Source: Fidelibacterota bacterium (lineage in GTDB: Bacteria > Fidelibacterota > Marinisomatia > Marinisomatales > UBA2128). From it: a stretch of DNA of 11,794 nt. The notes under the pieces are model-generated. The model did no database searches. It worked only from the letters and a program-made list of their open reading frames with translations, and was not told the origin of the DNA. Positions 7,980 through 11,794 of this stretch are shown here, piece after piece (the stretch's first letter is position 1; every line of letters starts with the position of its first letter). The DNA is taken from positions 1-11,794 of the forward strand of contig JBHHUM010000065.1 of NCBI GenBank assembly GCA_046861645.1, in the 5' to 3' direction. The position numbers were made by a program, and so were the translations under genes.

Positions 7980-10493
7980 ATGAAAGATCCAGTGTGTAGT
8001 ATGTCCGTGGAGGAAGAAACGGCTGCAGGTGTCGTAGAATGGCATGGAGTCCGATACGGTTTCTGTTCCCAGCACTGTCTTGAACTTTTCGAGAAGGAAC
8101 CAGAAAAATTTGTAAAGGAGAGTACCGAATCGTCAGACTCCGGTCTGTTGGAACAGACATCAGACATTCCTCCCAGTGAAGATGATAAGAAATCTAATGT
8201 AGATCCGGTGTGTGGTATGACGGTGGCTCTGGAGTCTGCTGCCGGTTCTTACACTTATGAGGCGGAAACGTACTACTTTTGTTCCGCACATTGTCTGGAG
8301 AAGTTCAAGTCGAATCCAGAGCAGTTTGTCGGTGTTGGCGAAGAAGAGAAACAGCAGGAGATGATTGGTGAAATGATGGAGGGCGCCGGCAAATATACTT
8401 GTCCTATGCATCCGGAAATCGTTCAGGATGGACCGGGAGATTGTCCCATTTGCGGGATGGCGCTGGAGCCAATGACGGCTACCTTGGAAGAAGAAGTTAA
8501 TCCCGAGCTGGTGGACATGAATCGCCGGTTCTGGACCAGTTTAATCCTTACTTTTCCTCTTCTGATTTTCGTGATGACCGAGATGTTCTTCGGGAGAACT
8601 CTTCTATCTCCCTCATTTGGGAAATGGGTTCAACTGTTTCTCGCTACGCCCGTTGTACTATGGGGAGGGAAGCCGTTCTTTATACGTGGCTGGAACTCAA
8701 TTGTCAATCGAAGTCTGAACATGTTTACCCTCATCGCCACTGGTACAGGTGTAGCCTATGTTTTCAGTGTCGTGGCCACATTTTTTCCGAGGATATTTCC
8801 TGCTGCCTTCAGAGGAGATGAAGGAGAAGTGGCTGTCTACTTTGAAGCTGCAGCAGTAATCATAACTCTGGTATTGCTGGGACAGGTTCTGGAGTTGAGA
8901 GCCCGGGATAAGACGAGCAGCGCAATCAAGGCGTTGCTGGGACTGGCTCCCAAAACAGCGCGTATAGTCCGGGAAGATGAAACAGAAGAGGACATTCCTC
9001 TCGAGCACGTAAAACCTGGCGACCGGCTTCGAGTACGTCCGGGAGAGAAAGTACCTGTAGACGGGATTGTGGTCGAGGGTACCAGTTCTGTTGATGAATC
9101 CATGGTAACCGGGGAAGCCATACCAGTAATGAAAGCCGCTGGTGATAATGTGACAGGGGCTACAGTGAATGAGACAGGTTCCTTCCTTATGAGGGCGGAA
9201 CGGGTCGGCAGCGATACATTGCTTGCTCAAATCGTCCAGATGGTGAGTGAGGCTCAGCGCAGCCGTGCTCCCATTCAGAGTCTGGCTGACAGGGTAGCAT
9301 CCTATTTTGTCCCCGCAGTAGTAATTATCAGCATTCTTACTTTCATCGTATGGAGTGTGGTGGGACCGGAACCGCGCATGGCCTTTGCTCTGCTCAATGC
9401 CGTTGCTGTTCTCATCATCGCCTGTCCTTGCGCGCTTGGATTGGCGACACCCATGTCTATCATGGTGGGAACGGGACGCGGCGCCATGACTGGTGTCTTG
9501 ATCAAGAATGCTGAAGCTCTGGAGACCATGGAGAAAGTGGATACACTCGTGGTTGATAAAACGGGCACACTGACTGAGGGAAAACCTCGTCTTGTAACAA
9601 TTGAAGGGGAAGGTCAGCACACGCAGGACGGGATTCTCCGGGCTGTTGCCAGTCTTGAGCAGGCCAGTGAACATCCTCTGGGAGCAGCTATCGTCAAGGC
9701 CGCTAAAGATGAGAATCTGAAATTGGAGCGAGTTGAAGGTTTTGAATCTATCACTGGTAAAGGGGTAAAGGGAACCATCAACGGAATGGTAGTAGCTGTG
9801 GGTAACCGGAAACTGCTGGAAGAGCTTGGAGTAGATCCTGGCGGTTTTCCTGAGAAAGCCGAGGAGTTAAGAAAGAACGGCGAAACAGTGATGTTTGTGG
9901 TGATAGATGGGTATGTGGCCGGCTTGCTTGGAGTGGCTGATCCCATTAAGGAAACAACCCCTGACGCCGTCAAATCCCTTCAGAAAGAGAACGTCCACGT
10001 TGTTATGCTCACAGGGGATAACAGGACAACGGCTGAAGCGGTGGCGAGAAAATTGGGTATTGAAGAGATAGAGGCTGAGGTAATGCCTGACAGAAAGAAC
10101 GAAGTAGTCAAGCGATTCCAGGAAAATGGTCGGTTCGTGGCTATGGCTGGCGATGGTATCAATGATGCTCCTGCTTTAGCCCAAGCTCATGTCGGTATTG
10201 CTATGGGCAGTGGAACGGATGTAGCTATTGAAAGTGCGGGGGTTACGCTTGTTCGAGGTGATTTACAGGGCATCGTTCGTGCCAGGATGTTGAGTGTGGC
10301 AACGATGCGAAACATCAAGCAGAACCTGTTCTGGGCTTTCATATACAATTCGCTTGGGGTGCCTGTTGCGGCAGGAGTACTCTATCCATTTCTGGGGATT
10401 CTTTTAAGTCCCATTCTGGCTGCTGCAGCAATGAGTTTCAGTTCTGTCTCGGTAATTGGAAATGCCCTGCGATTGAGAAACCTGAGACTATGA
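7980..10493 (+). CDS. copA: Cu(I)/Ag(I)-translocating P1B-1 ATPase with two N-terminal YHS domains and one HMBD
   Basis: SD aggag at 7969-7973. Motifs [26 protein letters not shown] and GDGINDAP, plus the P1B-1 signatures YN (TM7) and MSFSS (TM8). The N-terminus has DPVC.M...FCS.HC twice and YTCPMHP...CPICGM. Confidence 0.97.
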   Translation: MKDPVCSMSVEEETAAGVVEWHGVRYGFCSQHCLELFEKEPEKFVKESTESSDSGLLEQTSDIPPSEDDKKSNVDPVCGMTVALESAAGSYTYEAETYYFCSAHCLEKFKSNPEQFVGVGEEEKQQEMIGEMMEGAGKYTCPMHPEIVQDGPGDCPICGMALEPMTATLEEEVNPELVDMNRRFWTSLILTFPLLIFVMTEMFFGRTLLSPSFGKWVQLFLATPVVLWGGKPFFIRGWNSIVNRSLNMFTLIATGTGVAYVFSVVATFFPRIFPAAFRGDEGEVAVYFEAAAVIITLVLLGQVLELRARDKTSSAIKALLGLAPKTARIVREDETEEDIPLEHVKPGDRLRVRPGEKVPVDGIVVEGTSSVDESMVTGEAIPVMKAAGDNVTGATVNETGSFLMRAERVGSDTLLAQIVQMVSEAQRSRAPIQSLADRVASYFVPAVVIISILTFIVWSVVGPEPRMAFALLNAVAVLIIACPCALGLATPMSIMVGTGRGAMTGVLIKNAEALETMEKVDTLVVDKTGTLTEGKPRLVTIEGEGQHTQDGILRAVASLEQASEHPLGAAIVKAAKDENLKLERVEGFESITGKGVKGTINGMVVAVGNRKLLEELGVDPGGFPEKAEELRKNGETVMFVVIDGYVAGLLGVADPIKETTPDAVKSLQKENVHVVMLTGDNRTTAEAVARKLGIEEIEAEVMPDRKNEVVKRFQENGRFVAMAGDGINDAPALAQAHVGIAMGSGTDVAIESAGVTLVRGDLQGIVRARMLSVATMRNIKQNLFWAFIYNSLGVPVAAGVLYPFLGILLSPILAAAAMSFSSVSVIGNALRLRNLRL
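7986..8330 (+). repeat. Duplicated YHS domain within copA (216 nt period)
   Basis: gatccagtgtgtagtatg (7986-8003) and gatccggtgtgtggtatg (8202-8219) match at 16/18 positions. The peptides are [25 protein letters not shown] and [25 protein letters not shown]. Confidence 0.85.
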
Positions 10494-10541
10494 AAACAGT
10501 CTCGTGGAACTTAAAACTGTAACTAATTGGAGGATTGAATA

Positions 10542-10911
10542 GTGAATCGGCGTTTACAGAAGAAACAAACTGGAATGGGTAATCAACAACCTTATCTACA
10601 AGTGGTCAGTTTGGGCACTTTTCTGCACGGTCCTTGTCTTGGGGGTATGTATTGGTGTTCTTCTTGAAGATAAGGAAAAAACCCCACAGGTTTATGAGAA
10701 TACCTACAGCTCGTTCTCTGCAGCTACAACGCAGATTGTTGGACTGTTTAGCTATTCTTGCGGTTCCTGTGGCGAAAAGAACATAGAGATTTGCGAGTGT
10801 CCGACAGCTCTTTCTACAAAGAGATTCATCATTAACAAATTGAAATCAGGTTCGCCTCAAGATCAGATTATCGACTTGGTCAAAACAACCTACGGTCACT
10901 ATACGGGTTAG
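10542..10911 (+). pseudogene. Small membrane-anchored Cys-rich protein (CcmH-N/PCYCGC-like pattern), apparently split by a +1 frameshift
   Basis: SD ggagg (10529-10533) sits 8 nt before GTG10542, but that frame stops at 10665-10667 after 41 aa. The +1 frame is open from 10546 to 10911 and holds a complete TM helix (WSVWALFCTVLVLGVCIGVLL) followed by YSCGSC...CEC..A...I...L..G....I...V...YG. It has no ATG/GTG/TTG before the mid-helix TTG10639. Confidence 0.55.
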
Positions 10912-10951
10912 TTCAGGAGGCTATGTCAATTAAACACGAGGAGAGAATAAA

Positions 10952-11479
10952 ATGAGCAAGAACCTGCTGTTTTCTGTAGTACTGCTTACTCAAATGGGCT
11001 GTATGCACATGGGCATGAGCATGGGCGGGACTATGATGGATCGGGTCATGTCTGCACGGACGAAGTCAGTACAGGAGGTAAACACAGGTCAAACAATTGA
11101 CCAAATAATAACAAAGGCCCTTCAGGATTTGTCCTCCGGAAACGTGAATGTAGTGTCCATCGCAGTGTGGCAGATCAAATCCAAAACTCCGGGCATAGAT
11201 GTAGTGATGATTCGACAGAAGCTCATTGAGCAGCTAATCAGTCTGAACCGCTTCAAAGTAGTATCGAGGGTGAGACTGAGGGAACTGCTGGAGGAGCAAA
11301 GTCTGTCCTTATCGGGAGCGGTTGATGAAAAAAGTGCCGTTGAAATTGGTCAACTTGTGGGAGTAGATGGTTTCATTGACGGTTACGTATCCATTGAAAG
11401 AGGCCGCATAGTGTTAAATCTCAGTCTTATCGAGACCAGCACGGGAGTCATTGTCTGGTCGAAAACGATAGAAGATTAG
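10952..11479 (+). CDS. CsgG/HfaB/LpoB-like putative lipoprotein with a Met-rich N-terminal segment
   Basis: SD gaggag at 10938-10943. Signal peptide with an atypical lipobox (TQMG-C17). The domain pattern IAV..., RFKVVSR.RL.ELLEEQ.L..SG.VD...A.EIGQL.GVD..I.G and L.LIET.TG.IVWS is typical of this superfamily. Confidence 0.8.
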   Translation: MSKNLLFSVVLLTQMGCMHMGMSMGGTMMDRVMSARTKSVQEVNTGQTIDQIITKALQDLSSGNVNVVSIAVWQIKSKTPGIDVVMIRQKLIEQLISLNRFKVVSRVRLRELLEEQSLSLSGAVDEKSAVEIGQLVGVDGFIDGYVSIERGRIVLNLSLIETSTGVIVWSKTIED

Positions 11480-11523
11480 GAGTTCGGTGAGGTTTAGTCA
11501 ACAAACAACAGAAAGGAAATACC

Positions 11524-11794
11524 ATGAAAATAAACTACATAAGTACTGTATTAACATCGGTCCTCCTGCTGACGGGTTGCGGAGGAGGAGAGGGAGAGGA
11601 TGTTCAGGAAACTGCTTCAACGAACCAGTCGTCAGAGATGGCAATGGAAGCTCATAATCATAACAACGAAGATGATGGAATGAGCCATGTGTCACTGAAT
11701 TTGATGGAAGGTGAAGAGGTGCTGTTTTACACCTGCCCCATGGAATCTCACAAGCACATCCAAAGTGACGAACCGGGGAAGTGTTCAGAATGTG
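11524..11794 (+). CDS. HMBD-containing lipoprotein, 3'-truncated (absent from the ORF track)
   Basis: SD aaagga just upstream of ATG11524. The frame is open to the window end: MKINYISTVLTSVLLLTG-C-GGGEGEDVQETASTNQSSEMAMEAHNHNNEDDGMSHVSLNLMEGEEVLFYTCPMESHKHIQSDEPGKCSEC. The lipobox LTGC is canonical. Confidence 0.9.
   Translation, partial: MKINYISTVLTSVLLLTGCGGGEGEDVQETASTNQSSEMAMEAHNHNNEDDGMSHVSLNLMEGEEVLFYTCPMESHKHIQSDEPGKCSEC

Noticed and set aside
8697..9674. 325-aa minus-strand ORF
   Set aside because: It lies entirely antisense to the conserved copA core and has no recognisable motifs, so it is a typical shadow ORF.
6550..10162. Short nested ORFs in the TBDR and copA genes (6550, 7159, 7543, 7952, 7978, 8160, 8624, 8837, 9302, 9614, 9980)
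   Set aside because: They are shadow frames of real genes with no independent support.
11498..11695. 65-aa minus-strand ORF
   Set aside because: It is antisense to the better-supported + strand lipoprotein starting at 11524 (SD, lipobox, HMBD).
1..11794. Mobile element, CRISPR array, tRNA/rRNA or intrinsic terminators
   Set aside because: I saw no transposase or integrase, terminal repeats, spaced repeat array, RNA-gene pattern, or GC hairpin followed by a U-tract.

Overview
This window is a single + strand cluster of about 10 genes for Cu(I)/Ag(I) handling in a diderm bacterium, and both ends are truncated. Gene order: 3' part of a CusB-type RND adaptor with a His/acidic linker and two C-terminal heavy-metal-binding domains (HMBD); CusA; a divergent P-II-family protein overlapping the cusA stop; an exported YHS/TRASH-like Cys protein; a DUF2231 membrane protein; a TonB-dependent receptor with an N-terminal CarboxypepD_reg-like domain; a P1B-1 Cu ATPase (2x YHS + HMBD); a small Cys-rich membrane-anchored protein that looks frameshifted; a CsgG/LpoB-like lipoprotein with a Met-rich N-terminus; and a 3'-truncated HMBD lipoprotein missing from the ORF track. 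CusA, CusB and CopA are ordinary. The interesting part is the accessory set of uncharacterised proteins, most with Cys/His/Met motifs. All three predicted periplasmic HMBDs share a variant motif (YTCPM-E-x-H), while the cytoplasmic CopA copy is canonical (YTCPMHP). No cusF, copZ, cueO or regulator gene is visible in the window. I found no RNA genes, CRISPR arrays or mobile elements. Family assignments come from motif recognition by eye, not from database searches.
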